Positions 16,669 through 26,341 of a stretch of DNA of 64,000 nt are shown here, piece by piece. Source of the DNA: Candidatus Kaiserbacteria bacterium (GTDB taxonomy: Bacteria; Patescibacteriota; Minisyncoccia; Phycocordibacterales; UBA2100); the NCBI GenBank assembly GCA_016432285.1, contig CP066682.1, positions 288,933 through 352,932 of the forward strand. The letters run 5' to 3'. The notes under the pieces are model-generated. The model saw only the letters and a list, made by a program, of their open reading frames with translations, did no database searches and was not told where the DNA came from. The translations under genes and the position numbers were made by a program. Every line of letters starts with the position of its first letter. Position 1 is the first letter of the stretch.

Positions 16669-18186
16669 ATGAGCAAGCAATACTTTTATATCGCGGTCGC
16701 AGTAGCGCTTCTTGGCGGGGGATTTGCCGCGTTTAGTTATCTGCCCTCGCTCTCGACACCTCGCTCCGAAGTTTCGCAAATCGTGGAACTTCAAGACGGC
16801 GATTCGTATGATCTCACGGCGGGATTCGTGCAAAAGGAGATCGACGGCAAGACGTATCGCTTGCTCGCATACAACGGCTCGATCCCGGGGCCCCTTCTCA
16901 AGATCCCGCAGGGCGCAGAGGTAACGATCAATTTCAAAAATGGCACCGACATGAAAACGCTCCTGCACTCGCATGGCGTCCGCATGGAAAATGCCTTCGA
17001 CGGCTCTCAAACCACGCAGGAGGAAATGGAGCCGGGAGAAAGTTTCGCGTACACACTGAAATTCCCCGACGCCGGTTTCTTTTGGTATCACCCACACGTG
17101 CGTGAGGATTATCAGCAGGAGCTGGGGCTCTACGGCGGCTACCTTGTCGTGCCGAGCGAGGAAGGGTACTGGTCGCCGGTGAATCGGGAGATCCCGATCT
17201 TTCTCGACGACATTCTGATCGAGAACGGGAAGATCAATCTCAATAAAGAAGGCGCCGACAAAACGCTCATGGGCCGCTTCGGCAACGTGATGCTCGTCAA
17301 TGGGGAAACGGATTACAGTCTCAACGTGAAAAAGGGAGAGGTGATCCGCTTGTATGTAACCAATTCGGCGAACACCCGCACCTTCAATTTCGCGATCGAG
17401 GGCGCGCGCATGAAACTCGTCGGTGCCGACAGTGGAGCCTACGAGAAGGATACGTGGATCGATTCGGTGATCCTCGGGCCTTCTGAGCGCGGGATCGTGG
17501 AGGTCCAGTTTCAGGGCGCCGGCACGTACGTCGTCCAGAACAAAACGCCGGAGCGCACCTACGCCCTCGGCAGCGTGCGCGTTGCCGAGGAGGCGGTGGA
17601 GGAATCGTACGCGGCCAGTTTCGCAAACCTCGCGACGCACGCGCAAACGATCGCGAGTATCGATCCGTTTCGCGCGTACTTCGACGACCCGCCTCAAAAA
17701 CGCCTCGCGCTCACCGTCGACATGAACATGGGCAGCATGAACATGCAGGGTATGTCGATGATGGATGGTTCGACTTCGCTCACCACAAACGGAATCGAGT
17801 GGGAGGAAGGGGAGAGCGCCATGATGAACGCGATGTCAGGCGGCTCGGTCAGGTGGAACATCGTGGACCAAGAGAGCGGCAAAAAGAACATGGATATCGA
17901 CTGGGCTTTCGCGCGAGGGGAGCCGGTCAAAATCCGTATCTTCAATGACCCGACGCAGGCTCACCCCATGCAGCACCCCATCCACTTCCACGGCCAGCGC
18001 TTTCTTATTGTGAACAAAAACGGACAGCCGAATGACAATCTCGTGTGGAAAGACACCGTTTTAATCCCTGCGGGGCAATACGTTGACATCCTCCTCGATA
18101 CTTCGAATCCGGGCACCTGGATGGCGCACTGCCACATCGCCGAGCACCTCGAGGCTGGTATGATGATGAAGTTCACTGTCGAGTAA
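16669..18186 (+). CDS. multicopper oxidase (three-domain, Met-rich insert)
   Basis: HSHG, WYHPH, HPIHFHG and HCHIAEHLEAGMM copper motifs. Confidence 0.92.
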   Translation: MSKQYFYIAVAVALLGGGFAAFSYLPSLSTPRSEVSQIVELQDGDSYDLTAGFVQKEIDGKTYRLLAYNGSIPGPLLKIPQGAEVTINFKNGTDMKTLLHSHGVRMENAFDGSQTTQEEMEPGESFAYTLKFPDAGFFWYHPHVREDYQQELGLYGGYLVVPSEEGYWSPVNREIPIFLDDILIENGKINLNKEGADKTLMGRFGNVMLVNGETDYSLNVKKGEVIRLYVTNSANTRTFNFAIEGARMKLVGADSGAYEKDTWIDSVILGPSERGIVEVQFQGAGTYVVQNKTPERTYALGSVRVAEEAVEESYAASFANLATHAQTIASIDPFRAYFDDPPQKRLALTVDMNMGSMNMQGMSMMDGSTSLTTNGIEWEEGESAMMNAMSGGSVRWNIVDQESGKKNMDIDWAFARGEPVKIRIFNDPTQAHPMQHPIHFHGQRFLIVNKNGQPNDNLVWKDTVLIPAGQYVDILLDTSNPGTWMAHCHIAEHLEAGMMMKFTVE

Positions 18187-18227
18187 CGCTCTGTAATATG
18201 TCACTTCCTCGCGCGTCGAAATAGGGT

Positions 18228-18710
18228 ATGTCAAAGACTGTACTCGCTTTGGGAGGAGCACTCGTCGTGCTCGCTGCGCTCTGGTATCTCTATGCGGCCA
18301 CTCCGGGTCCTGAAAATACGAATACATCCGGCACCAGCTCCGGCCTTCTTGCGGAAGAGAACGCGATCGTCATCGGTGAGCAGCGCCCCGGCACGAGCGT
18401 GCGCGGCTCGATTGTCTACCTTGCGGCCCCTGGCTTTTTCGTCATCCATGAGGATCAGAGTGGGCAGGTGGGAGCGATGCTTGGTGCGAGCGCACTTCTT
18501 CCCGCCGGCGAGAATCGCGATGTTGCCGTGAATCTTTCACGCACTTCGCGCGACGGCGAGACGCTGCGCGCCGTGCTCCACTCCGATACCAACGGCAATG
18601 GGCTCTTCGACGAGGCCGATCAGCCCGTGGAGAGCCGCCTCGGCGGCCCGATCAACGGCTGGTTTGAGATCTCCTCCGAGGCGAGCACTGATACGCCCGT
18701 GAGCATCTAA
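18228..18710 (+). CDS. exported hypothetical protein
   Basis: N-terminal TM; GFFVIHED...AVLHSDTNGNGLFD. Confidence 0.75.
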   Translation: MSKTVLALGGALVVLAALWYLYAATPGPENTNTSGTSSGLLAEENAIVIGEQRPGTSVRGSIVYLAAPGFFVIHEDQSGQVGAMLGASALLPAGENRDVAVNLSRTSRDGETLRAVLHSDTNGNGLFDEADQPVESRLGGPINGWFEISSEASTDTPVSI

Positions 18711-18763
18711 ATGCTGCATCGATCGCGCTTGTGAAAAGAGCCGCGTAGTAGTACGATTTTTAT

Positions 18764-19147
18764 ATGAGATACGTCGCGATAGCGATCGTCATCGCCTTCC
18801 TCTCCATCGGCACCTTTGGGTTTGCAATCCTCGAGCACGAGGTGGGAGTCCACGAATCAGGCTGCGTCGCCGCGTCAATCAGCGAGGCACCATGCCCGAG
18901 CGAGCTCTTCGCGTCGGCTCTGTACCACATTTCCACGCTCACCGCCTTTAGCACCGTACCGCTCTCCCTCCCGCTTTTGCTTTTCATCGCCCTCGCGCTT
19001 ATCGCGCTTGTGCACACGAAGGGAATCGAACTCCCGCGTCTCCGCCCGCTTTTTTCAAGACGCACAGTTACTGACGACCAACCGCGACCATCGAGAAGCG
19101 CACTGCGCTCGCTCGCGCTTTTGGAGCACAGCCCTACTTTCGCGTAA
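18764..19147 (+). CDS. hypothetical membrane protein with H/C motif
   Basis: HESGC...APCP...H; C-terminal LEHSP. Confidence 0.6.
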   Translation: MRYVAIAIVIAFLSIGTFGFAILEHEVGVHESGCVAASISEAPCPSELFASALYHISTLTAFSTVPLSLPLLLFIALALIALVHTKGIELPRLRPLFSRRTVTDDQPRPSRSALRSLALLEHSPTFA

Positions 19148-19256
19148 GCCGCACGCCCTTTGACTCGGGATGCGGCAGGACGCCCGCGCGAAGCGGAGCG
19201 TTTTTGTGCAGCAGAGAATTACTTCCACTCACTATTCGCATCTACTTCACATCTCT

Positions 19257-19754
19257 ATGGATCTCAAAACTATCGCAATCAGTGCCGCGCTCATCGCAGG
19301 GATAGGCGCGCTCCTCTTTTGGGGTCGCGCAAGCGGCACGTCGGCGGCCCCCCAGGGAGGCGCGCAAAGCCCGCTCACGGCTTCGGAATTACAGTACGAC
19401 TTCGGAACGATCTCGATGAAAGACGGCCTCGTGAGCCGCACGTTCACGATTAGGAACGGGAGCGATGCCGAGGTTGTGCTCTCCGACATCTCCACCTCCT
19501 GCATGTGCACAAACGCGTATCTTCTCGCAGGTGACGGCGTAAAGAAGGGGCCGTTTGGCATGCCGGGGCACGGCGCCCCCTCGTCGAAGGTCGGCGAGCG
19601 CATTCCCTCGGGTGAGAGCCGCAGCCTCGAAGTGGTGTACGACCCCAACGCGCACGGACCCGCGGGCGTTGGATCAATCGACCGCTTTATCTATCTCGCT
19701 GACGAAACGGGCGGGCAGCTCACGCTTGAGATTAAGGCCAACGTAACGCCGTAG
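19257..19754 (+). CDS. DUF1573-like Ig-fold exported protein
   Basis: YDFGTI, TSCMCT, FGMPGHG and YDPNAHGPAG. Confidence 0.8.
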   Translation: MDLKTIAISAALIAGIGALLFWGRASGTSAAPQGGAQSPLTASELQYDFGTISMKDGLVSRTFTIRNGSDAEVVLSDISTSCMCTNAYLLAGDGVKKGPFGMPGHGAPSSKVGERIPSGESRSLEVVYDPNAHGPAGVGSIDRFIYLADETGGQLTLEIKANVTP

Positions 19755-19755
19755 T

Positions 19756-20538
19756 ATGCGGCGACTCTTTATCGGCGGGAGCTCTCTTGTCCTCGCGCTT
19801 GCCGCGATCATCGCCCTGAAGTTCGCACCCGGCACGTCGAACATGCTCTGGGAGATCTCCGGTGGCGGGACATGGCTTTTGCCGCTCGTCGGCGTGTCGG
19901 CGGTACTCGATAGCGTGCACCCGTGCTCGTTCTCGATACTCCTCATCACGATCGCGCTCCTCTTCGGACTTCAGCTGTCACGCGGGAGGATTCTTGCGGT
20001 CGGCGGCGTGTACATCTTCGGTATCTTCCTGGCGTACCTCGCGATCGGCGTCGGCGCGCTCCAGGTGTTCCACCTCTTCAACGTGCCGCACTTCATGGGC
20101 AAGCTCGGCGCGATCGTACTCATCCTCTTCGGTATCGTGAATCTTCTGGGGGCAATCTTCCCGTCGTTTCCGCTGAGGTTGAAGTTGCCATCCGCTTCCC
20201 ACGCGGCGATGAGTACCCTCTTAGAAAAGGCGACGATTCCGGCAGCCTTTGTCTTGGGGCTCCTCGTCGGCGTGTGCCAGCTCCCGTGCCTCGGCGGCCC
20301 GTACCTCATGGTGATCGGGCTCTTGCATGACCAGGTAACCTACCTTCGGGGCCTTCTCTATCTTCTGCTCTACAACGTCATCCTCATTCTGCCGCTTGCG
20401 GCAGTGCTGTGGTTTGCCGCCGACAAGACGATCGTCGACCGGGCGCAGCAGTGGAAAAAGACGAATCTTCGTGCGGTGCGGCTCTGGGCCGGGATTGCAA
20501 TGGTAGCGCTTGGTATTATTGTTCTCGTTAGTCTCTAA
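19756..20538 (+). CDS. CcdA-like membrane protein
   Basis: LDSVHPCSFS and QLPCLGGPY. Confidence 0.8.
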   Translation: MRRLFIGGSSLVLALAAIIALKFAPGTSNMLWEISGGGTWLLPLVGVSAVLDSVHPCSFSILLITIALLFGLQLSRGRILAVGGVYIFGIFLAYLAIGVGALQVFHLFNVPHFMGKLGAIVLILFGIVNLLGAIFPSFPLRLKLPSASHAAMSTLLEKATIPAAFVLGLLVGVCQLPCLGGPYLMVIGLLHDQVTYLRGLLYLLLYNVILILPLAAVLWFAADKTIVDRAQQWKKTNLRAVRLWAGIAMVALGIIVLVSL

Positions 20539-20545
20539 CTATCGT

Positions 20546-20710
20546 ATGATCGGGAAACAGTTCAAATGGGGGGATCTGATCGCACGGATTGCGCGCTTCT
20601 TGCGGATTCCGCACTGCGACGAGTGCGAGCGGCGTCGGGTGATTCTCAACGACCTACAGGCGGCGGGCGTGAAAGAAACATTGAGAAAATTAAAAGATTG
20701 TTGCAACTAA
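20546..20710 (+). CDS. small Cys-motif protein
   Basis: 54 aa with PHCDEC and DCC; fills the gap between co-oriented genes. Confidence 0.55.
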   Translation: MIGKQFKWGDLIARIARFLRIPHCDECERRRVILNDLQAAGVKETLRKLKDCCN

Positions 20711-20711
20711 C

Positions 20712-21593
20712 ATGATTACACAGACACTCGATACGCTTACATCGCGATTCGCCGTGCCTATCCTGATTACCTTTCTCGGCCTTGGTGCGCTCACGCTCCA
20801 AGGGGCGAGCGCCGGTATACAGGCTGCCTCGGTCCAACCGGATTACACGGCGCTCGCGGACGAGGTATCTCCAGCAAACGGCGTGGAACTGCCCGTCGTG
20901 TGGGGCGATCTTGGAAAAAAACTCGTCGAACGGGGCGTGATCGATCGGGAGAAGTGGACCGAGATCTACCGTTCGCTTTCGGCGGAAGAAGCGCGCCTCA
21001 TCGACGGCAATAGTCCGGAGAAGCTGCGGATCACGCGCGAGAATGCAGCGTACCTCCTCAATCTCTTCTGGGCCCTCGGGCTTGGCAACCAAAATCCGAT
21101 CCTCCAGGACGAGGCGGGGATGGAAAATCCGGAGTACGGCGGCGCGGGCTACTTCGCGTCGACGGGCGGCTGGAGCCTCGCCAAGGGCGAAGCCATGGAG
21201 CACTACGGCAAGTACGCGCTCGCGCCTCTCACGGGGGAACAGCAAGCGCTCGTGAAGAAAATCTCAGACGGCATCTATCGCCCATGCTGCGACAATCCGA
21301 CGAGCTTCCCAGACTGCAATCACGGTATGGCGATGCTCGGGCTCTTGGAGCTCCTTGCCTATCAGGGTGCGAACGAGGAGGAGATGTGGGACGCGGCGCT
21401 CGCTGCCAATTCGTACTGGTTCCCCGATACATATCAGATCATCGCACTCTCCATGAAGCAGCGGGGCGTCGCGTGGAGCGATGTCTCGCCGCAGGAGGTG
21501 CTCGGCAAAGAGTACTCAAGCTACACGGGTTTCAGCCGCATCGCGGCCGCTGTCGCGCCGAGCGCTGGGAGCGGTGCTTCCTGCAGCGTCTAG
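20712..21593 (+). CDS. exported hypothetical protein with RPCC...DCNHGM motif
   Basis: signal/TM; YRPCCDNPTSFPDCNHGMAM; C-terminal SC. Confidence 0.8.
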   Translation: MITQTLDTLTSRFAVPILITFLGLGALTLQGASAGIQAASVQPDYTALADEVSPANGVELPVVWGDLGKKLVERGVIDREKWTEIYRSLSAEEARLIDGNSPEKLRITRENAAYLLNLFWALGLGNQNPILQDEAGMENPEYGGAGYFASTGGWSLAKGEAMEHYGKYALAPLTGEQQALVKKISDGIYRPCCDNPTSFPDCNHGMAMLGLLELLAYQGANEEEMWDAALAANSYWFPDTYQIIALSMKQRGVAWSDVSPQEVLGKEYSSYTGFSRIAAAVAPSAGSGASCSV

Positions 21594-21629
21594 AAACAGG
21601 TACACTAACAACCAATCAAACATCCATCC

Positions 21630-22058
21630 ATGAAACTATTCTTTGTCGGCGTTCTCGCGTTTATCGCCCTCGCGGTGGCGAGCATCTTCCTCTTGCCGAA
21701 GCCGGACGGAAGCAACCTTTCGCAGGATCCAGATATTCTGGCGACCAACGGTATGCACTGGCATCCGCAGCTTTCGATCTTCGTAAAGGGCGAGCAGATC
21801 GAAATACCGCAAAACATCGGCATCGGCAGCGTGCACCAGACGATGCACACGCACGACGACCTACCGCTGCTGCATCTCGAATTTCCGGCACTCGTACGGC
21901 AGGCCGACGCGACGCTCGGCCGCTTCTTCTCGATCTGGGGCAAGGACATGAGAAGCCTCGGAGCGAACATGCGCATGACCGTGAACGGGCAGGTGAGCAC
22001 CGAGTACGAAAACTACGTGATGCACGACGGCGATAAGATTGAGCTGCATTACGATTAG
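21630..22058 (+). CDS. exported His-motif protein
   Basis: MHWHP, MHTHD and LHLE; beta-grasp-like C-terminus. Confidence 0.8.
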   Translation: MKLFFVGVLAFIALAVASIFLLPKPDGSNLSQDPDILATNGMHWHPQLSIFVKGEQIEIPQNIGIGSVHQTMHTHDDLPLLHLEFPALVRQADATLGRFFSIWGKDMRSLGANMRMTVNGQVSTEYENYVMHDGDKIELHYD

Positions 22059-22164
22059 CGCTTGGGGACAAGCCCGCGAAAACATGAGCGAGTGCGCTAC
22101 ACTTATCGGTACATAATTGCGCAATTATGAAATTATCCATGTCCATTCTGTGCCCATCTCCCGT

Positions 22165-23406
22165 ATGAACTGGATTACCGACGTCTGGTCGCTCCTCTAT
22201 TACCTCATCGTGCAGGGCTTCGGGCTCGTGCTTGCGGGCGCGGCTGCGGTGGTCTTTCTCTTCATCGTGTTGCGGCGCCACCATTCCCTCAAAGTCACGC
22301 TCCTCCTCGGCGCCTTCTTCGTAGGATCGATGCTCTTCTTTTGGTTTCCGGTGGGCGTGCCGCAAAACCTCCAGTATCCCTTCGGGCTCACGACCTACGG
22401 CCCCGCGGAGGGCCCCGCGCTTCCCTTAAAGAACATCTTTCGCTTCTTCGCGAACCTCGGCAATTTCGAGCGTGTCGCGGATATTTCGCGCGATCCGCAA
22501 GATGTGCCGAAGGAAATCGTCAGGAACGAAAAAGGAGAAGTAGAAATCAATATCCTCGCCAAAGAAGTACTCTCCGAGATCGCGCCCGGAGTCGTGGTCA
22601 ACTATTGGACCTTCGACGGCACCGTGCCGGGACCTTTCTTGCGAGTGCGGGAAGGGGACACCGTCGTGTTGACGCTGCGGAACGACCCCTCGAGTCTCCA
22701 CATGCACTCGATTGATTTGCATGCGGTGACGGGCCCCGGCGGCGGCGCGGTGGCGACCGACGTGGAGCCAGGTGAGGAGAAGACACTCCGCTTCAAGGCC
22801 TTGAATCCCGGACTCTACGTGTACCACTGCGCGCACCCCAATGTCGCCAACCACATGGCGCACGGCATGTACGGCCTCATTCTCGTGGAGCCAAAAGGAG
22901 GCTTGCCGCCGGTGGATCGAGAGCTCTACGTCATGCAGGGAGAGATGTACACGGCCGCGCCGCGCGGCACGAAGGGCTTGCAAGTGATCGACGCCACCAA
23001 GATGCTTTCGGGCAATCCCGAGTACATCTTCTTCAACGGCCGCGTCGGCGCGATCTCGAAGGACGAGCTCTCGGTGCAGCAAGGGGAGAAGGTGCGCATG
23101 TACGTCGGCAACGGCGGCGTAAATCTCATCTCGAGCTTCCACCTCATCGGCGAGATATTCGACACCGTCTATCCGGAGGCGCAGATGGGTGGCGCCACCT
23201 TCAAGAACGTACAGACGACACTCGTACCCGCAGGCGGAGCGGCGATCACCGAGTTTACCGCCGACGTGCCGGGAGGTTACGTCCTTGTCGATCACGCGCT
23301 TGCGCGGATCGATAAGGGTGCGTGGGGCACGCTGAAAGTGGAAGGCGAAGCGCGACCGGATCTCTTCGACGGCGACCTTTCGGGGGCCGAGCACAGCGGC
23401 CACTAA
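22165..23406 (+). CDS. nirK: copper-containing nitrite reductase with N-terminal TM anchor
   Basis: HSIDLH, YHCA..NVANHMAHGMYG, SSFHLIG and YVLVDH. Confidence 0.92.
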   Translation: MNWITDVWSLLYYLIVQGFGLVLAGAAAVVFLFIVLRRHHSLKVTLLLGAFFVGSMLFFWFPVGVPQNLQYPFGLTTYGPAEGPALPLKNIFRFFANLGNFERVADISRDPQDVPKEIVRNEKGEVEINILAKEVLSEIAPGVVVNYWTFDGTVPGPFLRVREGDTVVLTLRNDPSSLHMHSIDLHAVTGPGGGAVATDVEPGEEKTLRFKALNPGLYVYHCAHPNVANHMAHGMYGLILVEPKGGLPPVDRELYVMQGEMYTAAPRGTKGLQVIDATKMLSGNPEYIFFNGRVGAISKDELSVQQGEKVRMYVGNGGVNLISSFHLIGEIFDTVYPEAQMGGATFKNVQTTLVPAGGAAITEFTADVPGGYVLVDHALARIDKGAWGTLKVEGEARPDLFDGDLSGAEHSGH

Positions 23407-23528
23407 AGAATCAAAAAGCGGCGCGCCGCTTTCTCGATTGGAAACGCTGAGCTGATGGATCGCGGTCCGAGGTATCATCGGCGATCTCGACTAATGAAAT
23501 TTAAAAAGATCCTGCTATACTTCTCCAA

Positions 23529-25082
23529 ATGCCATCGCCAGCCTCCATCATCGCAACGATCCGACAGCGGCCTTTTTTTTATGGGGCGATAGCCGTGGCA
23601 GTACTTGCCGTGGCCTTCTTTCTCTCGGGCGGCAAAAAAGAAGATCCGGAGGTGCTCACCGCCACGCGCGGGAACTTCGTGCAGGAAGTGAGCGTCTCGG
23701 GCACCGTGATAGCCGCTGAAGACGTCGAGCTCGGCTTTACGCAGGGTGGTCGCGTCGCGGCCGTGCGCGCAAAGGTGGGCGATCAAGTAGGGGCGGGTGC
23801 CACCCTCGCATACCTTGAAAACGGCGACCTTGCTGCCGCCGTCGCGCAGCGGAATGCGGCACTCGAAAAGGAGCGCGCCAAGCTCGCGCAGCTCCAGTCC
23901 GGCACGCGACCCGAAGAGGTCGCGATCAAACAGGCGGCAGTCACCGAGGCGCGCGTCTCGCTCGATCGGGCCAACGAGGCGCTGATCGACTCGATCCTCG
24001 ACGCGTACACGACCGCGGACGACGCCGTGAGCAACACGGTCGACCAGTTCATCAACAATCCGCGCTCCAACCCGCAGCTCGAGTTTTCCGTAGCCGACAC
24101 GAAGTGGGAGAGCGCGCTCGAAACAAAGCGACCCTCCGTCGAGACCATGCTGGTAAGCTGGCAGAGCGAAGTGAACGCGCTGAGCCCGACTGCCGATCTC
24201 ACCGCGGCCGTCTCGAAGGCGCGCGCCAATCTCTCGACCATTTCAGATTTCCTTATTGAAGCCAACGGAGCTTTGAATTCCGGCATCACAACGCTCACCT
24301 TTACCGAAAGCGTGCGCGACGGCTACATCGCCGACGTCGGCGGAGCGCGCTCCAGCGTCAACGCCGCATCTTCGGCGCTCACCTCTGCCGTGACCGTGCA
24401 GAAAAACGCCCAGGCGTCGCTCGATACTGCCAACAGGAACCTCACGCTCTCGGAGGCCGGTTCCGAAAACGCTGACATACAAGCACAAGCAGCCGTCGTG
24501 AAGGCAGCCGAGGCCGACGTGCAGAGCGCACAGGCCCAGCTGCAAAAAACGATCATTGTCGCTCCTTTTAGCGGCATCGTAACGCGCGTCGACATCAAGC
24601 GCGGCGAGATCGCGTCGGCAAACGCCTCTCCCATCGCCATGATCGGCAACGGCGCGTACCAGATCGAGAGCTTCATCCCCGAGGTCAATATCGCGCGCAT
24701 CGAACTACGGGATTCGGCGATGGTAACGCTCGACGCATACGGCGATGAGGAGGAGTTTGTCGCTACGGTAGTGTCGATCGATCCGGCGGAAACGGTACGC
24801 GACGGCGTCTCTACCTACCGCGCGCTCCTCCAGTTCGATGCGACCGACACGCGCATCCGCACCGGCATGACCGCCAACGTGCGAATCACGACCGAAGAGA
24901 AGAGCGATGTCGTGAGCGTTCCGCAGGGAGTCGTGATCGCTCGGGAAGGCAAAAAATACGTCAAAGTACAATCGGGCAAGGATGTCGTCGAACGGGAAGT
25001 GACGACCGGCTCCACCGCGAGCTCCGGCAACATCGAAATACTGACGGGCCTTCAGGGAGGAGAGATCCTCGTGCTTCCGTAG
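23529..25082 (+). CDS. efflux membrane-fusion protein (MacA/HlyD-like)
   Basis: N-terminal TM, lipoyl-like halves (VKVGDQV; APFSGIV), long coiled coil, GMTANV. Confidence 0.88.
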   Translation: MPSPASIIATIRQRPFFYGAIAVAVLAVAFFLSGGKKEDPEVLTATRGNFVQEVSVSGTVIAAEDVELGFTQGGRVAAVRAKVGDQVGAGATLAYLENGDLAAAVAQRNAALEKERAKLAQLQSGTRPEEVAIKQAAVTEARVSLDRANEALIDSILDAYTTADDAVSNTVDQFINNPRSNPQLEFSVADTKWESALETKRPSVETMLVSWQSEVNALSPTADLTAAVSKARANLSTISDFLIEANGALNSGITTLTFTESVRDGYIADVGGARSSVNAASSALTSAVTVQKNAQASLDTANRNLTLSEAGSENADIQAQAAVVKAAEADVQSAQAQLQKTIIVAPFSGIVTRVDIKRGEIASANASPIAMIGNGAYQIESFIPEVNIARIELRDSAMVTLDAYGDEEEFVATVVSIDPAETVRDGVSTYRALLQFDATDTRIRTGMTANVRITTEEKSDVVSVPQGVVIAREGKKYVKVQSGKDVVEREVTTGSTASSGNIEILTGLQGGEILVLP

Positions 25083-25085
25083 GGC

Positions 25086-26339
25086 ATGTTTTCACCCCTC
25101 AATATCCGGATCGGCTTCTACCTCGCCTTGCGGGCGCTGCGGCGTGCCTCGCTCTGGACCACCGGTCTCATTGTCTTCGTGATGGTGCTCACGTTTTTGA
25201 ACCTCGTGGTGATCTCCGGCATTCTCGTGGGCCTTTTGCAGGGAGCCGTCGATGCCGTGCGCACGCGCTACACGAGCGACGTGATCATCTCCACGCTGAG
25301 CGATAAGAAATATATCGAAAACAGCCCCAACCTCATCGAGCTCGCCCGCAACCTCGAGGGCGTCGAGGCGCTGACCCCGCGTTATCGCGAGTCGGCCTCG
25401 CTCGAAGCCAACTACCGCACTCGCAAAGAATCCGACAAGGCCAACATCGCGCCGGCGCAGATCATCGGTATCGATCCCGCAAGTGAAGACGAAGTCACGG
25501 GGCTCTCGGAAGATCTGATCGAGGGGGAATTTCTCGTGCCGGGTGATTACGACAAGATCGTGCTCGGCAACTACCTCCTCAAGCAGTACATGGTGATCGA
25601 AACCCCCGGCCTCGCGACTCTGGAGAACGTCGGGATCGGCACGAAGATCCGCATCCACGTGGGGGACGTCACGCGCGAGGTGGAGGTGAAAGGGATTCTC
25701 AAGAGCAAGGTCGACGAGATCGCGCTCCGTGCCTTCATGGTGGACTCGCAGTTCCGGAGCATGATCGGTCGCAACGACGGCAACGTCGACGAAATCTCGA
25801 TCAAGGTGGAGGAAGATGTTGACCCGGCAGAAGTGCGCGACGCGCTTTTGCTGCGGGGAGCCGGCAACGACGCGCGCGTCCAGACGTACGAGGATGCGCA
25901 GCCGCAGGCGTTCAAGGACATCATCGCGACCTTCAGTATGCTCGGGACTATGTTCTCGTCGATCGGCCTCGTGGTCGCCTCGGTTACGATCTTCATCGTG
26001 ATTTTCATCAACGCGATCACGCGGCGCAAGTACATCGGCATCTTGAAAGGCATCGGCATTCACGGAAAGGTGATCGAGCTCTCGTACGTCTTCCAGTCGA
26101 TCTTCTATGCGGTGCTCGGCTCAGCGGTCGGGCTTGCGCTCGTGTACGGCTTCCTCGTTCCGTATTTCGCCAATAATCCGATCGACTTTCCCTTCAGCGA
26201 CGGCATCCTTGTGGCGCCCATCAACCAGACTTTCTTCCGGGTAGGCCTTCTCATCGTCTCCACGGTCATCGCCGGTTACATTCCCGCGTGGATGATCGTG
26301 CGGCGCAACACGCTCGACTCGATACTCGGTCGCAACTAG
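25086..26339 (+). CDS. ABC transporter permease (MacB/FtsX family)
   Basis: TM plus large extracytoplasmic domain plus three TMs; IGILKGIG. Confidence 0.88.
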   Translation: MFSPLNIRIGFYLALRALRRASLWTTGLIVFVMVLTFLNLVVISGILVGLLQGAVDAVRTRYTSDVIISTLSDKKYIENSPNLIELARNLEGVEALTPRYRESASLEANYRTRKESDKANIAPAQIIGIDPASEDEVTGLSEDLIEGEFLVPGDYDKIVLGNYLLKQYMVIETPGLATLENVGIGTKIRIHVGDVTREVEVKGILKSKVDEIALRAFMVDSQFRSMIGRNDGNVDEISIKVEEDVDPAEVRDALLLRGAGNDARVQTYEDAQPQAFKDIIATFSMLGTMFSSIGLVVASVTIFIVIFINAITRRKYIGILKGIGIHGKVIELSYVFQSIFYAVLGSAVGLALVYGFLVPYFANNPIDFPFSDGILVAPINQTFFRVGLLIVSTVIAGYIPAWMIVRRNTLDSILGRN

Positions 26340-26341
26340 CT

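Noticed and set aside
23415-23432. Palindrome AAAGCGGCGCGCCGCTTT after nirK as an island boundary or att site
   Set aside because: No matching copy seen at the left end of the island; most simply a terminator hairpin.
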